A DNA stretch of 64,000 nt, from positions 1,213 to 65,212 of the forward strand of contig JALSTH010000033.1 in the NCBI GenBank assembly GCA_026983835.1, written 5' to 3'. The position numbers and the translations under genes are program-made. Position 1 is the first letter of the stretch, and every line of letters starts with the position of its first letter. Source of the stretch: Candidatus Zixiibacteriota bacterium. GTDB lineage: Bacteria > Zixibacteria > MSB-5A5 > UM-FILTER-46-8. Under the pieces are notes generated by a model. The model saw nothing but the letters and a program-made list of their open reading frames with translations, was not told where the DNA came from and did no database searches. Positions 56,306 to 64,000 of this stretch are shown in pieces.

Positions 56306-57496
56306 ATGCTCGGTGCAGTAAAAGATCAACTTAAAAGCACCTTAGAAGAAATTAAAGAAGCCGGACTGTATAAGGACGAAAGGATTATCGTCAGCCCTCA
56401 ATCGGCGGAGATCAAGGTGAAACCGGCGATGGAAGTATTGAACTTCTGCGCTAATAATTACCTTGGTTTGGCAAATAACAAACGTCTTATCGATGCCGCA
56501 ATTGAAGGGATGAACAAGTATGGCTATGGGCTGAGCTCGGTGCGTTTTATATGTGGGACTCAGGATATCCACAAGGAACTCGAAAAGACAATTGCGGAGT
56601 TCCTTGGGACAGATGATACGATTCTTTATTCTTCCTGCTTTGATGCCAACGGCGGTTTGTTTGAAACGATCCTCACCGATGAGGATGCGATTATCTCCGA
56701 TGCCCTCAATCATGCATCGATAATCGATGGCATCCGCTTGTGTAAGGCAAACCGTTTCCGTTTCGCTCATGCCGATATGGGAGAATTGGAGAAAGTTCTC
56801 AAAGAAACTCAAAAATACCGCCGAAGACTAATCGCCACCGATGGCGTTTTCTCTATGGACGGTGATATCGCCAAGCTCGATGAGATCTGCGATTTGGCGG
56901 ACAAATACGATGCGATGGTGATGGTGGACGATTCCCATTCCACGGGATTTGTCGGGAAAACAGGCCGAGGCACTCATGAGTATCGGGGCGTTATGGGACG
57001 AGTCGATATCATAACTTCTACGCTCGGTAAAGCGTTGGGGGGTGGTTCGGGTGGTTTTACCTCCGGCCGTCAGGAGATAATCGATATGCTCCGTCAGCGC
57101 AGTCGTCCGTATCTGTTCAGCAATACCCTTCTGCCGGCGATAGTCAATGGAGCTATCGAATGCTTCCGTATGCTTTCGGCAACTACTGAGCTTCGGGATA
57201 AGCTTGAGGATAACACAAAATATTTTCGGGAGAAAATGACTGCCAACGGTTTCGATATCGTCCCCGGCGATCATCCGATAGTGCCGATTATGTTAGGCGA
57301 TGCGAAATTGGCTCATGACTTCGCCCGTGATATGCTCGATGAAGGCATTTATGTTATAGGTTTCAGTTATCCGGTAGTCCCGAAAGGGCAGGCGAGAATA
57401 AGGGTACAGATTTCCGCCGCCCACGAAAAAGAGCATTTGGATAAGGCTATCGATGCTTTCACCAAAATAGGCAAAAAGCTGGGCGTTATAAAGTAA
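56306..57496 (+). CDS. kbl: Glycine C-acetyltransferase (2-amino-3-ketobutyrate CoA ligase)
   Basis: Long identical blocks to enterobacterial Kbl: [74 protein letters not shown]. Confidence 0.9.
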   Translation: MLGAVKDQLKSTLEEIKEAGLYKDERIIVSPQSAEIKVKPAMEVLNFCANNYLGLANNKRLIDAAIEGMNKYGYGLSSVRFICGTQDIHKELEKTIAEFLGTDDTILYSSCFDANGGLFETILTDEDAIISDALNHASIIDGIRLCKANRFRFAHADMGELEKVLKETQKYRRRLIATDGVFSMDGDIAKLDEICDLADKYDAMVMVDDSHSTGFVGKTGRGTHEYRGVMGRVDIITSTLGKALGGGSGGFTSGRQEIIDMLRQRSRPYLFSNTLLPAIVNGAIECFRMLSATTELRDKLEDNTKYFREKMTANGFDIVPGDHPIVPIMLGDAKLAHDFARDMLDEGIYVIGFSYPVVPKGQARIRVQISAAHEKEHLDKAIDAFTKIGKKLGVIK

Positions 57497-57554
57497 GTAG
57501 CAGTAGCATTTATTCCTTTTTTAATTGGAAGAGAATCGTTTATAAAAGTAAATT

Positions 57555-57592
57555 GGGTGCCGATAAATAAATCGGCGCCCTTAAATTTTATA
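57555..57592 (+). terminator. Rho-independent terminator after kbl
   Basis: A 10-bp stem gggtgccgat / atcggcgccc (one G-U pair), loop aaataa, followed by TTAAATTTTA. Confidence 0.55.
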
Positions 57593-57681
57593 GCCAAATT
57601 CTGCCCAAAAAACTATTTGCGGTTTCGTCATAACCAATGTTATAATTTGAACTTAAGGGATAAAGTTTTATATCGGTCGTT

Positions 57682-58701
57682 ATGCTTAATAAAAAGAAAA
57701 TAACCTCTCGGGAATTGCTGAACGCCGTTTCTCGAAGTTTCGCCAAAAGTATCCCCCTGCTTGATAGGAATAAAAAAGCTGAAGTGGAAAATCAGTATCT
57801 CCTATTGCGGTTTATGGATACCATCGAGGATTCCAAGAACCATTCGCTGGAGCATAAAAGCGAACTTCTAAACCGCTATTTTCAAATCCTTAAGTCCGAG
57901 AATGATAAAGGTCTAACGGAATTGATAACCTCGGTTAATAATGAAACGATAGATGAACACGATAAGCTTTTGGTGAATCATTTTCGGGAAGTATTTAATA
58001 AATTTATGAGCTTCGATGATTCGGTGAAAGATATTTCTATGGAATGCTTAACCGAAATGGGTGAGGGGATGTTGCTGTTTCAAACGAGAAAGTTCAAGAT
58101 CGGAAGCGAGCTGAATCATTATTGCCGCTCATTTCAAGATCTAAATAAATATTGCTATTATGTGGCTGGCACGGTCGGGAAATACCTTACCAAATTAGTT
58201 AAAATAAGGGATGGAATTGATTTGGATATTCAAAAGGCTCTTAATTTCGGAAGGTATCTTCAGAAAGTGAATATCATAAAAGATTTCCTGAAGGATCTCG
58301 AGGAGATGAGGCATTTCTGGCCTACCGATCTAACGCCGAATACCAACCCGATTAATCTGATAGTTGATCCCGAGGCCAGAGGACAGCGATTAAAGATATT
58401 GGAGAAGATGATAACCGATGCTATGAAAGAGTTTGGGCCGACATTCGATTATATATTATCTATACCCTCGAAAAAACGGCTGCGGGGATATTTGGCATTC
58501 TGCTTGGTTGCGTCGTTGATGGCAACTGAGACATTGCTCGAAATGTGGAACAATGAGGATGTTTTTCTTAACCGTCGAGGGGTGAAAATCTCCAAATTAC
58601 GCTTTTATCAAATATATCTTTTCAGTAAATTCGGATTGTATTCTCGGAACAGGTTGATGAATTATATTGACAGAATTGCTGCATCCCCCCTTTTGGCCTA
58701 A
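57682..58701 (+). CDS. Squalene/phytoene-synthase-family enzyme with squalene-synthase-type motifs (head-to-head prenyl diphosphate condensing enzyme)
   Basis: VSRSFAKSIPLL, first Asp-rich box FMDTIED, YCYYVAGTVG, and the NIIKDFLKD box (the position of DxxED, here DxxKD). Confidence 0.75.
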   Translation: MLNKKKITSRELLNAVSRSFAKSIPLLDRNKKAEVENQYLLLRFMDTIEDSKNHSLEHKSELLNRYFQILKSENDKGLTELITSVNNETIDEHDKLLVNHFREVFNKFMSFDDSVKDISMECLTEMGEGMLLFQTRKFKIGSELNHYCRSFQDLNKYCYYVAGTVGKYLTKLVKIRDGIDLDIQKALNFGRYLQKVNIIKDFLKDLEEMRHFWPTDLTPNTNPINLIVDPEARGQRLKILEKMITDAMKEFGPTFDYILSIPSKKRLRGYLAFCLVASLMATETLLEMWNNEDVFLNRRGVKISKLRFYQIYLFSKFGLYSRNRLMNYIDRIAASPLLA

Positions 58702-58911
58702 TCCCAATTATATTCAATTTTACTTTAATCAATATTGTAATTCCTCTTGACTTTTATTTATTATCAGACATATTTGGGTTGATCGGAATCAATTTTTCGA
58801 TTTGTAAAAATATCCGTTTCAGCGGGTTTTGATTCAGAATAGTGAGGAATCAGAACAAAAAAGGTGTTTATATTTATTTGTCTGATAGTACATTAATCAA
58901 AGGAGAATCAT

Positions 58912-59442
58912 TTGCAGAAAGGTTTTACTATTTGGTTTACTGGATTATCCGGAGCAGGAAAGACTACGGTAAGCCGCTTGGTTGCGGAACAGATCCGAAA
59001 AGATTACAGCAGGAATGTGGAGATATTGGATGGAGATGTCGTCAGGACCAACCTCTCCAAAGGGCTTGGATTCTCAAAAGAAGATAGGGATACAAATATC
59101 CTCAGGATTGCTTTTGTCGCTTCACTTTTGACCAGAAACGGCGTAGCCACGATTACTGCCGCCATATCGCCCTATAAAGAAATCCGAAATAAAGCGAGAG
59201 AATTGATAGGTAATTTCGTGGAAGTCTTTGTGGATTGTCCGTTGGAAGTTTGCGAACAAAGGGATATTAAGGGATTATATGCGAAGGCACGGGCGGGAGA
59301 GATAAAAGGTTTTACCGGGATAGATGATCCTTACGAAGCTCCCGAAAATCCGGAAGTAGTTATTCATACCAATATGGAATCAGTCGAAGAATCCGCAAAA
59401 AAGATATTGGATAAGGTTAAGGAACTCGGTTACTTAGAATAA
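58912..59442 (+). CDS. cysC: Adenylyl-sulfate kinase
   Basis: [17 protein letters not shown]-loop and an APS-kinase fold of about 176 aa; TTG start. Confidence 0.9.
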   Translation: MQKGFTIWFTGLSGAGKTTVSRLVAEQIRKDYSRNVEILDGDVVRTNLSKGLGFSKEDRDTNILRIAFVASLLTRNGVATITAAISPYKEIRNKARELIGNFVEVFVDCPLEVCEQRDIKGLYAKARAGEIKGFTGIDDPYEAPENPEVVIHTNMESVEESAKKILDKVKELGYLE

Positions 59443-59479
59443 ATTGTCCGCGAAAACTTTATATTTGGATAAATATGAT

Positions 59480-59501
59480 AGCGGCATCGGATGATGCCGC
59501 T
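59480..59501 (+). terminator. Hairpin after cysC. It lacks a U-tract, so terminator function is uncertain.
   Basis: A 9-bp perfect stem agcggcatc / gatgccgct with loop ggat. Confidence 0.25.
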
Positions 59502-59607
59502 TCGATCTCATAAGGGTTGCTAAAATCTCAGTGTGTATTAAGGAACTAAATTTAATTCCGACTTTTATATTAATAAATACATATAGTTTAATATATTTCC
59601 GTTTGCT

Positions 59608-60924
59608 ATGCCTAAACCGATATCTTATGAAAACCCAACTACGATCGACAAGCTTCGTGTCATATATGATGGTTTAAGATACCGTTATTATCTGTTAAGG
59701 GAGAAACTATTCTCCAAAGTGTATTATGTGGTTTTTAAATCGCCTTTGGAAATGAGGATGCCCCCGATAAAGCGGATTAATATCGATTTGAATTTCCGTG
59801 TTTGTGAGCCTGAGAATTTCGATGATCTGAGGAAACTTGCACCTTCGTGGAAAATAAAGATATTTGAAAAGCGGGCAAAAGAAGGGCTGTTGGCATTTAT
59901 CGGATATGCGGGCAAGGATCCTGTTTCCTACTGCTGGTTCGTTGAAAACTCCGGCACACTCGAGGATTTCGATTATGATCTTTTGCCGGGGGAGGTTTAC
60001 GCTTTCGATGCTTGGGTCAGCCCCGCATATAGAGGCAAAGGTATCGCTTATTATAATTTCAAATTCATTTATGAGTTCTTCAAAATGCGGGGATTCGATA
60101 CCTATATGGCGATCGTGGAGGTCACCAATAAGGTAATGCTCAAAATGTATAAAAAGGTCAACATCGAATTTTACGGGATATTGAAGCAAACGCACACATT
60201 CGGAAAACGCCGAACATATCTACTTCCCCCGGGAGAAGAAGAAAATCGTATAGCCGAGAAATATCTGAAAGGCACAGGGATAAAACTACCCGAAAGGAAC
60301 TTTAAATTTTGGCTCATCAACAACGAAAAAAAGCTTATAACCTTAAAATCGGATTGGGAAAAATTATATCAGCTAAAGGGGGAGAATAATCAATCCCTAT
60401 CTTATGAGTATTATAAAAAACGATGGGATGAGAGCAACATCCAGAACGATTTATTTGTAGTGGCGTGTTATGAGCATAGGCGAATTCGTTCGATATTCCC
60501 ATTTGTCCTTCATAAAAGGAAGCTTTCCCCGATAGGTTTTTTTAAGGAAATATGTTTCATAGACAGCAGTCCTTTTCAACATACTGACTTCCTTCTCGAT
60601 GGTGATAGGATAAAGCTGATCAGAGCGATGCTCGACCTTCTGCGGGGTCCTTTGTCATCCAAATGGGATATACTTAATCTGCGCCACCTCAATGAATCCG
60701 ATGATGTTTTTAAGGATTTAGTTGTTGCTTCACGGGAAAGGGCTTATAAGTATAAAGAATTTCACCATTATTTGGATTCTTCGGGGATGGATTCCAAAGC
60801 TATTCCCAAAGGGAATGATAAACAAAAATTAGTATCGTTGCTGATATTCAACGATACGGTAAAAGCTAAACGCCTTCAATTCGCCATTTCCCATCTGAAA
60901 TTTAAAATGAGGGAGACCGATTAA
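59608..60924 (+). CDS. GNAT-family acyltransferase domain fused to an uncharacterised C-terminal domain of about 240 aa
   Basis: The GNAT acyl-CoA-binding motif (AFDAWVSPAYRGKGIAYYNF) sits at residues 130-150. I recognise no family for the C-terminal half. Confidence 0.5.
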   Translation: MPKPISYENPTTIDKLRVIYDGLRYRYYLLREKLFSKVYYVVFKSPLEMRMPPIKRINIDLNFRVCEPENFDDLRKLAPSWKIKIFEKRAKEGLLAFIGYAGKDPVSYCWFVENSGTLEDFDYDLLPGEVYAFDAWVSPAYRGKGIAYYNFKFIYEFFKMRGFDTYMAIVEVTNKVMLKMYKKVNIEFYGILKQTHTFGKRRTYLLPPGEEENRIAEKYLKGTGIKLPERNFKFWLINNEKKLITLKSDWEKLYQLKGENNQSLSYEYYKKRWDESNIQNDLFVVACYEHRRIRSIFPFVLHKRKLSPIGFFKEICFIDSSPFQHTDFLLDGDRIKLIRAMLDLLRGPLSSKWDILNLRHLNESDDVFKDLVVASRERAYKYKEFHHYLDSSGMDSKAIPKGNDKQKLVSLLIFNDTVKAKRLQFAISHLKFKMRETD

Positions 60925-62267
60925 GCCACAGCGATGGAGGAGGTATCGTCTTTTACTTTGCCCCCTTTCGAAACATTCTTGGTTAATTTTTTTACTTTTC
61001 CTTTCGCCTTTTTGGTTACCGCCTTAGTTTTTTTCGCCCCACGGGAGGCGGCATTACCAGCGCTGAAGCCTGTCGCCCAGGCAGAGTGTAAATTATAACC
61101 ACCGGGCCCGCTTTCGATGTCGAGGACTTCGCCGCAAAAATAAAGCCCCTTTACCAATTTGGATTCCATCGATTTGGGGTTTACTTCCATTACATCTATC
61201 CCGCCTGATGTATATAAGGCGGCATAAAACGGCTTGACCCTCTTCACCGTAACGCGGAAATCCTTCATAAACAGCAAAAGTCCCTTGCGTTCCAAATTCG
61301 TAATATGATTCATCGGTTTATTGTCGCGTATCCGCGTAAAGCGTGTCAATATCGGGACTATCCTCTTATCAATGTAGTTTCCCAACACTTCGCCGACCAA
61401 ATAATGGTTCAAATTCGAGGATTTCGCTCTTAATTCCCTCTCAAGCAATTCTCTCGGTTTGTCGGGCACCAAATCGATACTTATTTCAACCTTTCCCTTA
61501 TCCATCAAACGAGCGATAGTTCCGCTTAAAAAAAGTATGGTATCTCCCGCCAATCCATGAATCGTGAAAATAACTTCGCCATTACGCTCGATTATTTTCT
61601 TATGGTTTTGATAAACACCGATTCTAACCGGAGAAACTCTCATCCCTCGAAGATATTTGCCTATCTTGTCTTCCGTATCGATCTCGGAATTGGAGGGCTT
61701 GGGTTCGATAATAGTATGGCCAAGCTTCTCCGCAAAACGGTACCCATCCTCCGAAGCGCCTAATTTGGGCCTTGCCAAGCCTCCGGTGGCTATGATTATC
61801 TTATCGTATTCCTTAATTTGATTATGGACTTTAATTCCTTTTACCTTTTTCCCATCCTTTATTATATCCTGAATTTTGCTTGAAAGGTAAATCCTTACTC
61901 CCAAATCCCGAAGCTTTTTATCCAATGCTTTTTGAAGTTCCGAAGGTTCATTTGATGGAGAAACAGCTCCATTGTCATCCGTTTCGGTATCAACCCCTAA
62001 TTCTTCGAAGAACTTCATCGCTTTCTTGAAACCGAATTTCTCGAGGGAATGGCGCATAAATTCCGCCCCACGAGAATAGTTTTCCACGAAATCATTTATA
62101 CCCCCGGTATGCGTCAAATGACAGGTATCCCAAGGGACATAAATTAATTTTCTGCCTATCATTGGGTTTTTTTCGTAAAGGGAGACATCAGCCCCCTTTT
62201 TTGCTGCCGTATATGCAGCCATTATGCCAGCTAACCCAGCTCCGATAACTGCTATTTTTTTTGCCAT
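60921..62267 (-). CDS. HI0933/BaiN-family FAD-dependent oxidoreductase with a Lys/Ala-rich C-terminal tail
   Basis: The N-terminal dinucleotide-binding motif IAVIGAGLAGIMAAY and the HI0933-like core end at about residue 400. They are followed by GAKKTKAVTKKAKGKVKKLTKNVSKGGKVK. Confidence 0.75.
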   Translation of the reverse strand: MAKKIAVIGAGLAGIMAAYTAAKKGADVSLYEKNPMIGRKLIYVPWDTCHLTHTGGINDFVENYSRGAEFMRHSLEKFGFKKAMKFFEELGVDTETDDNGAVSPSNEPSELQKALDKKLRDLGVRIYLSSKIQDIIKDGKKVKGIKVHNQIKEYDKIIIATGGLARPKLGASEDGYRFAEKLGHTIIEPKPSNSEIDTEDKIGKYLRGMRVSPVRIGVYQNHKKIIERNGEVIFTIHGLAGDTILFLSGTIARLMDKGKVEISIDLVPDKPRELLERELRAKSSNLNHYLVGEVLGNYIDKRIVPILTRFTRIRDNKPMNHITNLERKGLLLFMKDFRVTVKRVKPFYAALYTSGGIDVMEVNPKSMESKLVKGLYFCGEVLDIESGPGGYNLHSAWATGFSAGNAASRGAKKTKAVTKKAKGKVKKLTKNVSKGGKVKDDTSSIAVA

Positions 62268-62635
62268 AACCCTGATTAAAATCCTTTATGATGAAAATTA
62301 TTTTTTCACAAAAAGTCAGTCAGCTTTTAAGTATAAGAGAATTCCAATAATTCAATCTTAAGCGAATGACCTTTAACCCTTTACTATATTCTCTAATTGT
62401 CAAGTACATTAGCTAACCTGCCAACTTAGCCCCGATATCGGCAATCAATCTGATTTTAGTATAAGCAAATCTTCCCAACTTGTCAATAACAAATAGTTGT
62501 TGATTTAATAAATATTAAAACTTCTTCCCCTTCGCCTCTTTCCTGTAAATTAGAACTTGGCAAATCATCCTTGTTTTTGTCTCGGATTGGTCATAAATTA
62601 GCGGAAATCGATAAATAGGTAAATCGAGTTTCGTT

Positions 62636-63859
62636 TTGATATCTTTCAATCGCAAATCCATTTTCCAGAACAAGAATATCACCTTATTATGGTTGGGACA
62701 GGTTGTTTCCCAAAGCGGCGATTCCATATACCAGATAGGGCTTTTGTGGATTACTTTGGAGCTTTCCGGCTCGGAATCGATGACCGGCTTGGTGGCAATG
62801 TCGGCTTACCTCCCGGCGGTTATTCTCTCGGTCCTTGCCGGGGCAATTGCCGATAGCGGGGATAAAAAAAAGATAATGCTAACCGCCGATTTATTCAGGT
62901 TCCTCATCGTCCTAATCATTCCTATCGCTTTTGGTTATGGAATCCTTACGCCGCTTTTTCTGGGAATAAACGCTTTTGGGGTGGCCATAGCAGCTACTTT
63001 TTTTAACCCATCGAGGGATTCGCTTATACCTTTTATAGTACCGAAAGAGGGACTTTTAAGAGCCAATTCGTTGGTTCAGACTTCTTGGCAGTTTGCCTTG
63101 CTTTTTGGACCGGCTGTTGCGGGAGTGCTATTGCATTTCGTCGGCAAGATAAACTTATTCGCCGTCGACGCCTTTTTTTATTTGGCATCCTTCTCTTTGA
63201 TATTCTTCATCCGTCCACAGATTATAAAAAAGGATAATGTATCCGAGGTGGGGGTATCGTTTGCCGATATTCGTGAAGGTATCGCTTACGCCTTCAGACA
63301 TTCGGTCATCTTACCTCTGCTGTTGTTAACCATCGCAGATAATATATTCATAATGGGTCCGGCCATTGTGGGTACCCCCGTTTTCGTAAAAGTCATTTTG
63401 GGGCGTGGAGCGGAATCTTATGCGCTGATACAGGGCTGTTATGCGGTCGGGATGCTTTTGGGAACCGCGATTGTCATATACTTCGGCGGGAAATTCAACA
63501 AAGGCTCTATCCTGCTGGTTGGGATGATATTGGATGGAATAACATATATACCGATGTATTTCGTAAATTCTATGGTGGCTTTGGAGATAGTAATAGTTGT
63601 TCATTCCCTTTCAATACCTTTGTTGACCGTAGTCAGAGCTTCACTTATTCAGGATATAGTTCCTCCGAGACTTATCGGAAGGGTATTCGCCCTGATGAAC
63701 ATCGCTGTTGTCGGGATGACGGCGATATCGTCTGGTTTAAGTGGTTTTGCGATGGAGCTTGTGGGACCTCAAATGCTCTTTTTGATTATAGGAATCGGCG
63801 GAGGTCTCTGTGGGGTTATCGGATGGATATTCGCCAAAGATTTAAGAAGAGCCGCTTGA
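62636..63859 (+). CDS. MFS transporter (EntS/macrolide-efflux-like). The start is uncertain.
   Basis: Twelve TM helices; the N-terminus LLWLGQVVSQSGDSIYQIGLLW is typical of the MFS_3 / EntS subfamily. Confidence 0.75.
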   Translation: MISFNRKSIFQNKNITLLWLGQVVSQSGDSIYQIGLLWITLELSGSESMTGLVAMSAYLPAVILSVLAGAIADSGDKKKIMLTADLFRFLIVLIIPIAFGYGILTPLFLGINAFGVAIAATFFNPSRDSLIPFIVPKEGLLRANSLVQTSWQFALLFGPAVAGVLLHFVGKINLFAVDAFFYLASFSLIFFIRPQIIKKDNVSEVGVSFADIREGIAYAFRHSVILPLLLLTIADNIFIMGPAIVGTPVFVKVILGRGAESYALIQGCYAVGMLLGTAIVIYFGGKFNKGSILLVGMILDGITYIPMYFVNSMVALEIVIVVHSLSIPLLTVVRASLIQDIVPPRLIGRVFALMNIAVVGMTAISSGLSGFAMELVGPQMLFLIIGIGGGLCGVIGWIFAKDLRRAA

Positions 63860-64000
63860 TTGTTTTTAGCTTCGACCGAGAGGCTGTTTATTCAAATTTT
63901 TCGCCGAATTAGGGGGTTATTACTTCTTTTTTTCGACTCGCCTGATTTTGAGGTAGAGTAATCCCGCTACCAGCAAAATTAAAAACGAAGTTAGGATCAA

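Noticed and set aside
56342-57274. Two minus-strand ORFs (156 and 148 aa) inside kbl
   Set aside because: kbl on the plus strand is unambiguous at about 60 % identity to the known Kbl. The antisense ORFs are artefacts.
56306-57496. Possibility that the alpha-oxoamine synthase is serine palmitoyltransferase, cysteate acyltransferase (sulfonolipid) or BioF rather than Kbl
   Set aside because: Block-for-block identity with Kbl-specific segments ([28 protein letters not shown] and others) is much higher than expected for SPT or BioF. It is kept as Kbl, and the sulfolipid idea is left only as weak speculation around cysC.
1-64000. CRISPR arrays, tRNA or rRNA genes, transposases, integrases, phage genes, toxin-antitoxin pairs
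   Set aside because: I found no regularly spaced direct repeats, no tRNA T-arm motifs in the intergenic spacers, and no ORF with recombinase, transposase or nuclease signatures. The window looks like core chromosome plus cargo and glycan accessory genes.

Overview
Roughly 64 kb of a low-GC bacterial chromosome (about 40-42 % GC by eye). Most genes are housekeeping, but there is a pocket of secreted proteins and a large surface-glycan locus. The organism is probably an FCB-group bacterium (Bacteroidota-like or a related candidate phylum): four intact proteins plus one decayed relic carry a type-IX-secretion (T9SS) C-terminal sorting domain, and the primary sigma factor is the short, roughly 284-aa RpoD typical of that group. 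TTG starts and GGAGG ribosome-binding sites occur repeatedly.

Gene content from left to right:
- LptF/LptG permeases, sigma-70, HtrA, signal peptidase I, a polyprenyl-phosphate sugar transferase.
- holA, an orphan beta-class DNA methyltransferase, a solitary HlyD/MacA adaptor.
- fabH(1), purD, purE.
- A glycogen module: a degenerate GlgC/GlgD-like nucleotidyltransferase, a GalT-family HIT enzyme and glgA.
- A GGDEF-GAF diguanylate cyclase, nagZ, lon, ychF, an SDR oxidoreductase.
- Four consecutive T9SS-cargo genes, including a tandem pair of BNR/Asp-box paralogs.
- A long minus-strand lipid-synthesis operon (yceD-rpmF-plsX-fabH2-fabD-fabG-acpP-fabF-rnc), followed by a lone etfB and an LplA-like ligase.
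- A CaCA-like membrane protein translationally coupled to an EIIA(Ntr)-CBS fusion.
- A THUMP-less ThiI-like PP-loop ATPase, a rubrerythrin-like protein, pdxST.
- A 10-kb glycan locus: DUF2723-TPR, gmd, GT4, UPF0104, GT4, GT2 and a second large GT-C-like membrane protein.
- kbl, a squalene-synthase-like enzyme, cysC, a GNAT-fusion protein, an HI0933-type flavoprotein with a lysine-rich tail, and an MFS exporter.

I found no CRISPR array, tRNA, rRNA, transposase or obvious defence nuclease. The most interesting candidates for undescribed biology are:
- the DUF2723/GT-C glycan locus;
- the EIIA(Ntr)-CBS and CaCA-like transporter pair;
- the GlgC-less glycogen module;
- the orphan methyltransferase;
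- the duplicated T9SS-cargo island;
- the bacterial squalene-synthase-like enzyme with a DxxKD variant motif.
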